Assembly: GCA_035476275.1 (NCBI GenBank)
Contig: DATILR010000470.1
Coordinates: 1 to 48,750 of the forward strand
Direction of reading: 5' to 3'
Length of the DNA: 48,750 bases
Source: Candidatus Binatus sp.
GTDB taxonomy: Bacteria > Desulfobacterota > Binatia > DP-6
A program made the position numbers and the translations under genes. The notes under the pieces were generated by a model. That model was not told where the DNA came from. It made no database searches and was given only the letters and a program-made list of their open reading frames with translations. Of the stretch, positions 8,050-18,700 are shown piece by piece. Position 1 is the first letter of the stretch, and each line of letters opens with the position of its first letter.

Positions 8050-9548
8050 TGGCCGCACCTCAGTCGCTCCTGCGCGGGGCGCGCGCTTTCGCTCGCGACT
8101 TCGCGCGCGACTCGATGCCGCAGGGCTACCTCTGGGACGTGCTCGACTACGTGCCGATCACGGTCGACGCGCTCCTCACCGGCCGGGCCGGCTGGCTGTG
8201 GGGATCGACGGCGATGGGCGGCGACGCCGAGTCGGGCCTGCTGGCGCTGTACTCGAACGGCGACCAGCTGGTCATTCAGGGCACCAACGGGCAGCTGTAC
8301 AGCGTCGGCCTGACCGATCCGTACACGGCGACCGCGACCGGCGGCGCCGTGCCGCGCTCGGCGCAGAACCCGGTGCTGTACACGAACGACCAGGTCATTC
8401 ACTTCGACCAGGCCGGCTCGATGACCCCTCGCATCATCAAGCCTCCGACCTCCTCGACGCTCGCGGTCACGGCCATGAACGCGGCCCATAAGTTCAGCAA
8501 GGTCGGCTGCGTCTACAAGTCGAGGCTGGTGACCGGCGGGGCGCCCGGCGAGACGGACACGATCCGCTTCTCGTTCATCGATCAGCCCGACCTCTCGAAC
8601 GCCGCCTCGTTCGACGCCAAGTCGTACATCCGCATGAACGGCGCCGTCTCCGCGCTGGCCGCGATGCGCTCCCTGGTGCTCGTGTTCCACGCCGGCTCAG
8701 TCGAGCGCATTCGCGGCTCGACGCCGCCGTTCGGCACCGAGGACGGCGACATGTTCGTGGAGAAGGTGTTCGACCGGATCGGCTGCATCGACCCGAAGAC
8801 GATCGCATTCTGGAACGACAACTGCATCTTCGCGGACGAGCACGGCGTACATGTCACCGACGGCTCCGTCGTCCGCAACATCGTCGCGCAGGGCGGCATC
8901 CTCACCTACTGGCGCAACCTCTACGCCAACAAGGTGTCGATGGCCGGGGTCACCTTCATGGACTACTACGTGATCTCGCTCAACTTCGCGGATGGGTCGA
9001 GCACGACGCTGATCTCCGACCTGCAGAAGCGGCAGTGGTTCCGGTTCGGGAACATCAAGGCGCTCACCTTCATCTCCTCCTCGGGGTCGTCGGGGATGGA
9101 GCGCACCTGGGGCGGTCAGAAGGGCACCAACCGGCTGATCCGGCTCGGCCCTTGCTTCTTCCCCAACTCGAACGCGACCACGGTCGCCGACGCCGACGGC
9201 ACCCTCGTGCTCCCCAGCTTCGAGACGCCCTGGTACCGGCTGGGCCAGGAGGGCCGCAAGCGCGTCAAGAGCGCCTGGCTCTCTTACGACGCGCGGGTCA
9301 CGCCGATCCCCCCGAACTACTCGACGGCCACGCCCGTGCTCGACCTCGGCTACATGCGCTCGCCGCAGGATCCGGCCTACACGTCGGTCGGCGGCCTGCC
9401 GCCCACCAACCAGTACACGCGCTACAAGCTGCCGGTCGGGCAGTTCCCGTACGGGATCGCCTTCCGCGTCAGGCAGACGCAGCCGACCGTCGCCACGCGC
9501 ATCTTCGACCTCGCCGTCGATGAGTGGGTCGCGGAGCGTGGACGTTGA
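8049..9548 (+). CDS. Putative tail hub/nozzle structural protein (499 aa)
   Basis: TGATG overlap with the upstream gene. Beta-rich sequence. Lies between the adaptor-like and fibre genes. Confidence 0.45.
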   Translation: MAAPQSLLRGARAFARDFARDSMPQGYLWDVLDYVPITVDALLTGRAGWLWGSTAMGGDAESGLLALYSNGDQLVIQGTNGQLYSVGLTDPYTATATGGAVPRSAQNPVLYTNDQVIHFDQAGSMTPRIIKPPTSSTLAVTAMNAAHKFSKVGCVYKSRLVTGGAPGETDTIRFSFIDQPDLSNAASFDAKSYIRMNGAVSALAAMRSLVLVFHAGSVERIRGSTPPFGTEDGDMFVEKVFDRIGCIDPKTIAFWNDNCIFADEHGVHVTDGSVVRNIVAQGGILTYWRNLYANKVSMAGVTFMDYYVISLNFADGSSTTLISDLQKRQWFRFGNIKALTFISSSGSSGMERTWGGQKGTNRLIRLGPCFFPNSNATTVADADGTLVLPSFETPWYRLGQEGRKRVKSAWLSYDARVTPIPPNYSTATPVLDLGYMRSPQDPAYTSVGGLPPTNQYTRYKLPVGQFPYGIAFRVRQTQPTVATRIFDLAVDEWVAERGR

Positions 9549-10273
9549 GCGAGCTTACGCAAGAAGGCCGTACCTCCCAGGACGACCGTCCGCTCAACGA
9601 CCAGGAGTACCAGCTGCTGCAGCGGCTCCTGTCGGATCCGTTCTCACTCCCCATCGCCTTCAAGACCTGGCTCGTCTCCTACCTGGAGACGTCCGACCTC
9701 AACCTGCCGATCGGTTCGGTCACGGGACTGAAGGACATCCTCGGGATCGCGAGCGTCGGCGGCGGCACACTCGGGATCTTCCCGCCGGGGATCATCCTCC
9801 CCTACGCGGGCACCGCCGCGCCCGACGGGGCGCTTCTGTGCCAGGGCCAAGCCGTGTCTCGCACCACGTACGACCGCCTCTACGCGCTGATCGCCAACAC
9901 GTACGGGGCGGGGGACGGTTCGACCACCTTCAACGTCCCCGACCTTCAGGGCCGTATCCCGGTCGGTAAGGGCAGCGGCGCCGGCACCACCGCGCTCGGC
10001 GCCAACGAGGGGCTGGCGCTCGCGAGCCGACGCCCGCATCACCGGCACACCGTCACCGACTCGCACGTTCACATCCAGCCCAACGACGAGCAGTTCATGG
10101 TGCTGTACGGGAGCGGCGGCAGCGGGTTCGGGGTTGTCTCGGGCGGGCGTGTCGCGCAGCTGGAGGGCGGCAGCGGTCCCGCGGGGGGCGGCGCGATCGT
10201 CGTCGGCCCGGTGGCGGCGGTCGCTAACGACACGCCGGCGTACCTGACCGTCAACTTCATCATCATTTACTGA
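9524..10273 (+). CDS. Tail fibre protein with phage tail-collar domain (249 aa)
   Basis: ILPYAGTAAPDGALLCQGQAVSRTTYDRLYALIANTYGAGDGSTTFNVPDLQGRIPVG matches the tail-collar consensus. The start is uncertain: GTG at 9524, or TTG at 9545 in a TTGA overlap. Confidence 0.8.
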   Translation: MGRGAWTLSELTQEGRTSQDDRPLNDQEYQLLQRLLSDPFSLPIAFKTWLVSYLETSDLNLPIGSVTGLKDILGIASVGGGTLGIFPPGIILPYAGTAAPDGALLCQGQAVSRTTYDRLYALIANTYGAGDGSTTFNVPDLQGRIPVGKGSGAGTTALGANEGLALASRRPHHRHTVTDSHVHIQPNDEQFMVLYGSGGSGFGVVSGGRVAQLEGGSGPAGGGAIVVGPVAAVANDTPAYLTVNFIIIY

Positions 10274-10284
10274 AAGGGGGCGGC

Positions 10285-11268
10285 ATGGCTCTGCCCGGCT
10301 CGATCACGAGCTACTTCCCGTATCTGAAGCCCGCCGCCAAGAAGAAGGGTGGCATCGTCCCGGCGATCTTCGGCTCGCAGGTCGACACGCCGATGTCGCC
10401 GGTGGGGCAGACGAACCTCGGCTCGATTCCCGGCGCGAACTACAACATGGGCAACACGGGGGGAGCCGGCGCCGGCTACGCAGCCTTCAACCCCGGCACC
10501 GACTTCAACGCCTCGATGTCCGAGATCCAGGGCGACCCGATCTACCAGGCCGCCATTCAGCAGATGAACGCGAACATCGGGAGCGGGCGTACCTCGCTGC
10601 GCGACGCGATCCGCCAGGCGGTGATCAAGGGCGGCTGGGATCTCACCGGCAGGATGAGTGGCGATCTCGCCGGCTACGCGGGCGACGTCGATCCGGCCAC
10701 GAGGGCCGCCGCTGCCGGGAATCAGCTGAGCACGAAGGCGCAGCTAGACCTGGCGCTCAAGCGCGGGATCTCGAACGCGAACGCGGGGCTTGCGGCGCGC
10801 GGCATGCTGCGCTCGGGCGGCACGGAAACGTCGGGGCAGCGCCTCAACGAGCAGTACCAGGTGCAGTCGAACACCGCCATGGGCGACCTGGTCGATGCGA
10901 TCCGGGGCGGCGTCTCGAACTTCGCCGGCCTGCAGCGCGAGCAGCAGAGCGGCCTGAACAGCGTCATGTCCGAGGTCGCCTCGCGCCTCGCGCAGTCGAA
11001 GGCGACCGCGGCCTACTACGCCTGGCTCGCGAGCCAGGGCGGGCAGTCCGGTGGCGGCGAGACGGTCGCGCCGCCGACCAGCGGGATGGCGTACGACTAC
11101 TTCGCGCCGCTCGGCAACCTCACGCCGCAGCAGCTGGGCACGTCCGGCATGTCGCAGGCGTCGATGGGGATGATGTCGCCGGCGCAGAGGGCGGCCTTCC
11201 AGGGCGGCACCAAGTCGGCCGCGCAGATCCGGGCCGACATCGCTCGCAGGAACAGGTGGTACGGGTAA
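10285..11268 (+). CDS. Putative internal virion/ejection protein (327 aa)
   Basis: ATG after GGGGGCGG. Gly/Ala/Gln-rich. First of three genes that precede the cell-wall hydrolase, comparable to P22 gp7/20/16 or the T7 core proteins. Confidence 0.45.
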   Translation: MALPGSITSYFPYLKPAAKKKGGIVPAIFGSQVDTPMSPVGQTNLGSIPGANYNMGNTGGAGAGYAAFNPGTDFNASMSEIQGDPIYQAAIQQMNANIGSGRTSLRDAIRQAVIKGGWDLTGRMSGDLAGYAGDVDPATRAAAAGNQLSTKAQLDLALKRGISNANAGLAARGMLRSGGTETSGQRLNEQYQVQSNTAMGDLVDAIRGGVSNFAGLQREQQSGLNSVMSEVASRLAQSKATAAYYAWLASQGGQSGGGETVAPPTSGMAYDYFAPLGNLTPQQLGTSGMSQASMGMMSPAQRAAFQGGTKSAAQIRADIARRNRWYG

Positions 11269-12696
11269 ATGCCCGGCTTCGTCGCCCCCATCCCTTCCAG
11301 CGCCTACCGGCCCTTCGACCCCGGCATCGCGCCGAACTCGTCCGGCCCCGTCATTCAGGGCACGGTGGTCGGGCCGCCCACCAGGAAGAGGAAGGGCGTG
11401 GTCGGTCAGCCGCTCACGATCCAGTCGATCCTCGGGCAGCTGATGGGCACGATCGAGACGCCCCAGCAGACCGAGGCGCGGGCGAAGCGAATCATCAGCG
11501 ACCAGATCAACCTGGAGATCCAGGCGGCGCAGGCGTCGGCGCTGCGCGCGCAGCGGCAGCTGATGGCGCAGCAGGCGCAGACCGCAAGCTTCGCGGGGGG
11601 GCTTTCGAACCTGATGCGACCGGGAGCGGGCGAAGCGCAGGCCGCGTTCGACCAGGCCGCCAACGAACTGAAGGCGCTGGGGGGCGGGCTGACCGGCGCG
11701 GTGGCGGACGCGGACACGGCCGCCGCCGGCAAGATCAGCGCCAACATCGCAGCGCAGACCGGCGGGCTTGGCGGCCCCGCGCAGGGCTACAGCATCCCCG
11801 GCCTTCAGGCCACGGCGCAGACCACGGGCGTGGACATCCCCGCCGCGGGGCTGCACGACCAGGGGGCGTCGGCCTACCTCGCGGCGGAAGCCGAGCGCAT
11901 GAGGGGGACGGGGACGCTGGCGAACCTCGCGCGCGAGTACGGCGGTCAGATCGCGCAGTCGATCCAGGACGAGCTACAGGCCGAGCGTGACATCCAGGCC
12001 AAGCGCCCCTCGCTGATCACGCAGCAGCTTGAGAGCCTCCAGGGCAACACGCGCTCCAACCTCGCGACGGCGCTGCAGGCGCTCGCGCTGGGCGGCACGC
12101 AGCTGAACCAGGCCGCCACCCGCAAGGAGACGCAGAGCTACCACAACCAGATGATCAAGCTGCAGACGCAGAAGTTCAACGCGCAGCAGAAGATCGACAT
12201 GCAGACCGCGCTGAACAGGGCGAAGCAGCTGGCGCTGGAGACGGGCAGGGTCACGGGCGTCGGCCCCGGCAACGTCATCCTGCCGGGCTTCTACTACGAC
12301 CCGCGTCTCAAGACCGTGGCGAAGATGCCGGCCGGTACGCAGCTGGGCACCGACGGCCTGCCGCACAAGGTGCCGGGGAGCGGCACCACGCCCGACGTGG
12401 GCAAGTGGATCCGGCAGCAGGCCACAGGGATGGACAAGACCTTCAACTCCGTCCTCCAGGATCCGACCTACACGACGGTCGTGACGCCGGCGAACGCCCT
12501 GCTCAAGAAGCCGGCGGTGTACGCGCCGGCGCCGGGCATCACCTACCAGCAGGCCTACTCCGCGCTCTCCCAGTACTTCGCCCCCTACCAGGGCGACGCG
12601 CGCGTGCGCGGGATCGTCAACGCGAAGCTGGCGCAGTTCGGGTTCAAGGTGCCGACCGTGAAGAAGGGATCGAAGATCAAGACGAAGAAGTCGTGA
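11269..12696 (+). CDS. Putative internal virion/ejection protein (475 aa)
   Basis: ATG directly after the upstream TAA; Gln/Ala coiled-coil-like stretches. Confidence 0.45.
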   Translation: MPGFVAPIPSSAYRPFDPGIAPNSSGPVIQGTVVGPPTRKRKGVVGQPLTIQSILGQLMGTIETPQQTEARAKRIISDQINLEIQAAQASALRAQRQLMAQQAQTASFAGGLSNLMRPGAGEAQAAFDQAANELKALGGGLTGAVADADTAAAGKISANIAAQTGGLGGPAQGYSIPGLQATAQTTGVDIPAAGLHDQGASAYLAAEAERMRGTGTLANLAREYGGQIAQSIQDELQAERDIQAKRPSLITQQLESLQGNTRSNLATALQALALGGTQLNQAATRKETQSYHNQMIKLQTQKFNAQQKIDMQTALNRAKQLALETGRVTGVGPGNVILPGFYYDPRLKTVAKMPAGTQLGTDGLPHKVPGSGTTPDVGKWIRQQATGMDKTFNSVLQDPTYTTVVTPANALLKKPAVYAPAPGITYQQAYSALSQYFAPYQGDARVRGIVNAKLAQFGFKVPTVKKGSKIKTKKS

Positions 12697-12710
12697 CGGC
12701 GGTGCGCTAG

Positions 12711-15700
12711 GTGGCACCGTTCGTCGTCCCGCGCGGCAAGGCGGGACTACCAAAGTCGAGTAAGCGCAAGGAGAAGCCGCAGCCGCAGACGGCCGCGACC
12801 GCCACCTCGACCGGCGCGATCTTCCTCGTGCGCCCGACCGAGACGCTGAACCTGAAGCCGCGCACCGGCTCGCGCCGGGTGAAGGTGGACGAGCCTCAGC
12901 GCAAGGGGTACGGCGGCAAGAAGGTCGTGCGCGATCCCGCCCCGATCGTGGTCGTGGACAAGAAGCACTACGGCTCGCTGCCCGCCGGTCTGCACTACGC
13001 GCCCGTCGCCAACAAGCTCCCCACCGGCGAGGTCGTGATCGGCCGCAAGGCGGTCGAGGACAAGGGGCCGCAGCGCGCCAGCGCCGCCGACAAGAAGCGG
13101 TTCCTCGGCGCCCCGCTCGGCCCCGGCGTCCGACGCAACATCGCAGCCACGGCGACCTCGACCGAGCGCTGGCTGGCGCGGCATCCCGGCTACCACGGCC
13201 CCCCGCCCGAGCACCTGAACATCTTCCAGCGCTGGTCGCGGCGCGACCGCGCGCTGGGCGACGCCATCCCGAAGGTGCTGAGCGCCGCAGCTACCGGCAC
13301 GGGCCACTTGATCGGGCAAGGGGCAGAGACGGTGGGGCGCGCGGTGCTCGGCGAGGTCACCGGGCTGGCGCGCGGCCCCAGCCAGAAGCCGCTCGGCGCT
13401 CCCGGCAGCGACATCATGAAGGTGCAGGAAGCGGGCATCTCTCCGATGGTGCCGCTCAACCAGCTGGGTGCGGTCGGCATGGGCGCCACGAAGGCGCTGG
13501 TCGGCGGCGCCGGCGCACTGTACGCGCTGCGGCACCCGGAGAAGGGGCTGCCCGCCCTACTCTCGGACGGTCTGAAGATGCTGGAGGGCGCCGCGCTGGC
13601 GCCCGGCCTGGTCGTGGCGATGTCCGACCCGAGCATCTCGGCCGCCAAGAAGGAGCAGATGGTCACTGAGGGCTTTCAGATGTTCCTCAAGGACCTCAAG
13701 GACAAGTACGGCGAGGACGCCACCTACTCCGAGGTGTTCGGCGACGCGCAGAAGGAGCCGGCCACCTACCTGCTGAACGCGCTCGCCGTCGCCTCCCCGC
13801 TCGCCAAGGCGCCGCTGGTCGCCAAGGCGCTGGCCGAGGGCGCCAGCTTCGGCGAGGCGGTGCGGCTCGCCAACGTGCCGGCCAAGGCGCGCATGCTCTA
13901 CTACGGCGCCGGCGCCGAGAAGAAGGCGGTCGAGATCGCGCGGGCGCGCAGCCCGATCACGCGCTGGACGATGAACGCGCCCTACGACGCGCTCTCGCAC
14001 CTGGCCGACCGCTACGCGCTCACGCGCCGGCTCTCGATCTCGGAGACGCGGCGCGCAGCGCGCGCGGCCTACAAGAACATGAACCGCAACGTGCGGCGCA
14101 TGCCGGCCGAGGCGCAGGCTGCGTTCCGCGACGTCGTCAACCTGCTGCGCGAGGATGAGAACGCCGGCACGGCGCTCGCCATCCTGCTGCAGAAGCCCAA
14201 GGGGATGACCGACGACGAGTTCCTCCGGGCCGCCCTCCGGAACATGCAGGACATGCTGACCAGCGGGGAGTTCCACATCCCGCAGGTCGAGACGGCCACT
14301 GCCCAGCGGCTGCTCAATCGCATCGACCGGCTCGACAAGGCGACCGCCCGGCTGCAGGACATCCGCCGCACCCGCGCGATCAAGAACGTGGCCGCCGAGC
14401 AGGATCGCCTGCACGGGGTGATCGAGGAGATCGGCGCCTCCCGCGCCGCCGTCAAGAAGGAGATGCGCCAGCTAGCCGACGACCCCAACGAGGCGCCGCG
14501 CGAGAAGCGCCTGTACATGAACGATCACGAGGTCGAGCTTCGGATGCTCGATCGCCAGGCCGCCGAGGCGCACGCCCAGCTTGGCCGCATCTCGGGGATC
14601 GACCACGCCCCGATCTCGGGGCCGGCGCGCGACCAGGCTCGCGGCGTGCTGGAGAAGATCCCTCACTTCCAGGAGAACCCTCAGCGCATCGACCAGGCGC
14701 TGGCGCTCACCGACACGCTGGCGCAGCGTTACGCCACGCGTTACGGCATCGAGCCGGACGAATGGTACGCGCGCAACCTCAACGAGTTCGTCAGGGATCC
14801 GGGGAAGCTGTCCAGCGAGGCGGGCCTGTTCTACCAGGAGCGAGGCGTCGTCGCGCCGCAGCGGTTCACCGCCGCCGAGCACGGCGGGGAAATTCTCGAC
14901 CGGTACACCCCCGTCAAGCAGCGCGGCGAACCGCGGCCGAAGATCGCCGGCCTGCCCAAGATCATCAAGACCAGGGCGCAGTTCGGGCGCCTCATCGAGG
15001 ACATGGCCGGTCGACTCGAAGCCGGCCTGGACTTCGCGAAGAACTGGTACCGCGACTCGGGCCGCGAGATCCTCGCCGCGGTCGGAGGCGACGAAGACCG
15101 CGCCGACAAGGTCGCGCAGCTTGTCGCCATCTACTCGCCGCAGAAGCCGGTCGCCCCCAACATCGCCGTCGCTCTCCGCGTGCTCCAGGACTGGGAGGAC
15201 GGGGTGGCGCGCGGCCTGCCCGGCGCCGTGAAGGTCGGGAGCGCTCACCAGCGCCGGCTCGCCCGCATGGCGCTCAAGGGCGAGGACTGGCTGGCGAGCG
15301 TGAAGCCGAACCAGTTGCCGAAGGTGCGGCGCTTCTACGCGAACATCCTCAAGCATGTCGCCCCGGAGCGGCTCGCCGATCACGGCTTCAACGGCCGCGA
15401 GGTGACAGTCGACGGCTGGATGGGCGCCGCCTTCGGCTACGGCTACAACACCGGCAACAGCGGGCTGACCGAGGCGCAGTTCCGGCTGGTCGAGGACGTG
15501 GTGCAGCGGCTCGCCGACCACTACGGCATCGACCCCGAAGAGGCGCAGGCGGCGATCTGGACGTCGATCAAGGCCGAGCGTGATCGCTCCACCGCCGCGA
15601 TGTACGCGAACCCCGAGACGCGCCTCCAGGCGCTGGAGAAGGCCGGCCAGTCGTTCGCGGATGCGATGTTCACTCCGAAGAACACGCTGCGGCTTCCGCT

Positions 15701-18700
15701 CGAATCCATGACGGCGGACAAGCCGTTCCTGCAGGACCTCACACCGGGGCAGTTGGCCGCTCACACCTCCGAGTACGGCAACGCCACCCTTCGCGTCCTC
15801 CATGACGAGGGGTTCGTCGTCCGTCACGACGCCGGCGGGTTCGGGTTCTGGCGCGACCCCGCCACGGGGGAGATCGAGCGCAACCCCGCGACCGCCGTCG
15901 AGGTGGCGCTCGGCGACCGTCCCGTGACACGGATGCGGGGCAAGGAGGTCGCCCAGCAGGCTGCACGCGGTCTGTACCTGAGCGTCCCGCAGTCGGTGCG
16001 CGAACTGGCGCAAGGTCTGTCGGCGGCGCTCGGCGACGCGGCCAAGCAGCACCAGGCCGCCTGGGCGCGCTACCTGAACCCGCGCGGTCAGGCCAGCGAC
16101 GTCACCGCCTGGCGGATCGAGCTTGGCCGGCCGCTCGCCGACGCCGAGTCGGAGGCTCTCAACGACGCCCTCCACGGCGACTTCCACTTCACACCCTCGG
16201 AAGACGGCGGGATCATCGCCTTCAACACGCCCGACGCCGTCCTCGATCGCTCCGTCAGGGTCGAGAACATGGGGCAGCGGGGGCTGAAGGCCGAAGCTCG
16301 GCAGGAGCGGCGCGCTCTCACCAACCTCGCTAACGAGCGGCGCGCCCACGTCGATAACGCAATTGGGGCCGTCTGGCCTGGCGACGACGAGATTACACTT
16401 ACCGAGCTAGCTCACCGTGGAGGTCTTCTAGACCGTGGCGATTATCAAGAGGCAATTTCCGCAGGACGACGATCCGATCTTTACCAACGAGTTCGTGATC
16501 GGCTTTCCGGCGCGTACGAAGAGATCGACGGGCACTTCATCGCAGACCCCGTCGCCGCTGCCGCCCGAGCCGAGCAGCACCCCGGCTCCCTCTCCCTCGG
16601 AACCGCGGGGGGAGACGTTGCCCGACTCGACCAGCTGAACCAGGCGCGCCGGGGCGACATTCTCGGCGCCGTCCGCTTCCTCTCCGGCACCGACGAGGGG
16701 AAGCGGATCGTCTACCTCACCAGCAAGGCTGACTTCTCGACCTGGGTCCACGAGATGGTGGGACACGCCGCCCGTGAGATGAAGCAGATGGAGCCGGGCG
16801 AGTTCGCCGCCGTCGAGCACCTGCGCGGCAAGGCGCTGGAAGACTGGAACGTCACCGACCACGAGTGGTTCGCCTCGCAGGTGGAGCGCTGGTTCTACGC
16901 CGGCAAGGCGCCGACCCCCGAGCTTGTGCCCGTGTTCGAGCGCGTCCGCACCTACATGCGGACGATCTACGCGGCCGTCAAGAGCATCATCAAGGAACCG
17001 ATCCCGGCCGAGATGAAGCGCCTCCTCGACACGTACTTCGGCGGCTACGACGACGTCAACGTCGACCGCATCGCCGGGTTCATGCCCAGGGAGACGGCTC
17101 GCGAGCAGCGCGTCTCGCACGGCGCCGCAGCCGCGCGCGAGGAGCTTGCCGCCTACCGCTCGCGCCAGGCCAAGCTCAAGCACGCCCGCTCGATCGAGGG
17201 CATGCAGGAGCGGCTCACCGCGATCCGCGACAAGGGCGACGACGCGACCCAGGAGGAACTGGACGAGGCGACGCAGATGACCGCCACCCTTCTCGCCCGC
17301 GTGGCCGAGCGCGAGATGCGCCGCGACACGCGGGAGAAGGCGCTCACCCAGAAGATCAGCGAGGTCAAGAACGCGCTCGACAAGGGGGTCGACCATCCCC
17401 AGTTCCAGAACGCCCTCAACGCCATGCGCTGGATCGCGGACGACCGCGAGCGGATCCTGCGCGAGGTGTTCGGCGACCGCTACGACGAGACGTTCCGGAA
17501 CCGCAAGGATCTGCTGGCCGACTTCCTCGTGGAGCGGGGGCTGCTCAGGGCCAACTTCGTCCGGGGTAGCGCCCACTACTTCCCGGCCACGCTGGACGAG
17601 CCGTACGACGTGCGGGTGAAGCAGCCGGCGGCGCCGCTCACGAGCAACGTGATCGGCCAGACGAAGGCGTCGCAGCTGGTGCTGCACAAGCGCAACCAGA
17701 TGATCCTCTGGCAGCGGGGCGACTGGACGGCCGATCCGCAGGTGCTGCTCGACGCGCACGCTCGCGCTCAGGCCTACGCCTGGTCGAACGAGGTGAAGAA
17801 GACCCTGTTCGAACTGGGCCGCCCGATCACGCTGGAGGAGTACGAGAACCCCCGCCTGCTCAAGGGTCAGGGCTACCTCGTCAACCCGCGCGGCACCCCG
17901 GTCGGCACCGACATGCGGGCGGCGATCAACAACAAGACCGTCACGCACAACGTGCAGAAGTTCCACGACGGCGGCGAGGGCGGCGACCCCTCTGCGCTCG
18001 AAGCCTCGCTCGTGAATTACTGGCGCAACTTTCTCGGCGACGCCGACGCGCAGCTGCCCGAGGGCTTCCTGATGAGCGACGTCCGGGTCGTTCCCCGCGA
18101 GATCGTGGAGTCGATGCTCCGGCCGCTGTCGGGCACGAGCACGAAGTTCGGCCGGCGCTGGGACTACGCCACCACGGCGGCTCGCTGGGCGACGATGTAC
18201 GCCAACGTCCCCGGCTACATGATCGCCAACGGGGTCGGCTCGATCGGGTTCCTGCTCGCCCAGTACGGCTGGCGCGCCGACCGCATCGTGCGGGACGCGA
18301 AGACGCTGCTCGGCAACGAGAAGCTCTACCACCGCGTGCTCGCGGAGATCGGCGAGCTTCCCTACCAGGCGATGCGAAAGACCGGCTACGGGCTGAACGC
18401 TCGCTTCACCGACGCCGAGCAGGCGGCGCTGCATTTCGTGGGCACGGCCGACCGCTGGCCACGCGCCGTTTCCTGGGTCCACGAGGCGCGCAAGGCCGGC
18501 TACAACACCGAAGAGGACATGCTGCGGCTGGTCGCCGGCAAGACCGCGAAGACGCAGCGCGACCGCGATCTCGTCGCTCAGTCGACGGCCAACTTCATGG
18601 TGGACTTCGAGCGGCTCACCGCCTTCGAGCGCCAGGTCGTGACCCGCGTCTTCTTCGTGTGGCCCTGGATCCGGGGCGCCACCGCCTGGCCGTTCTGGTT

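Noticed and set aside
16749-16766. HEMVGH in the giant protein as a zincin metalloprotease signature.
   Set aside because: The spacing is HExxxH, not the canonical HExxH, and I saw no obvious third ligand or Met-turn context. It is too weak to support a protease call.
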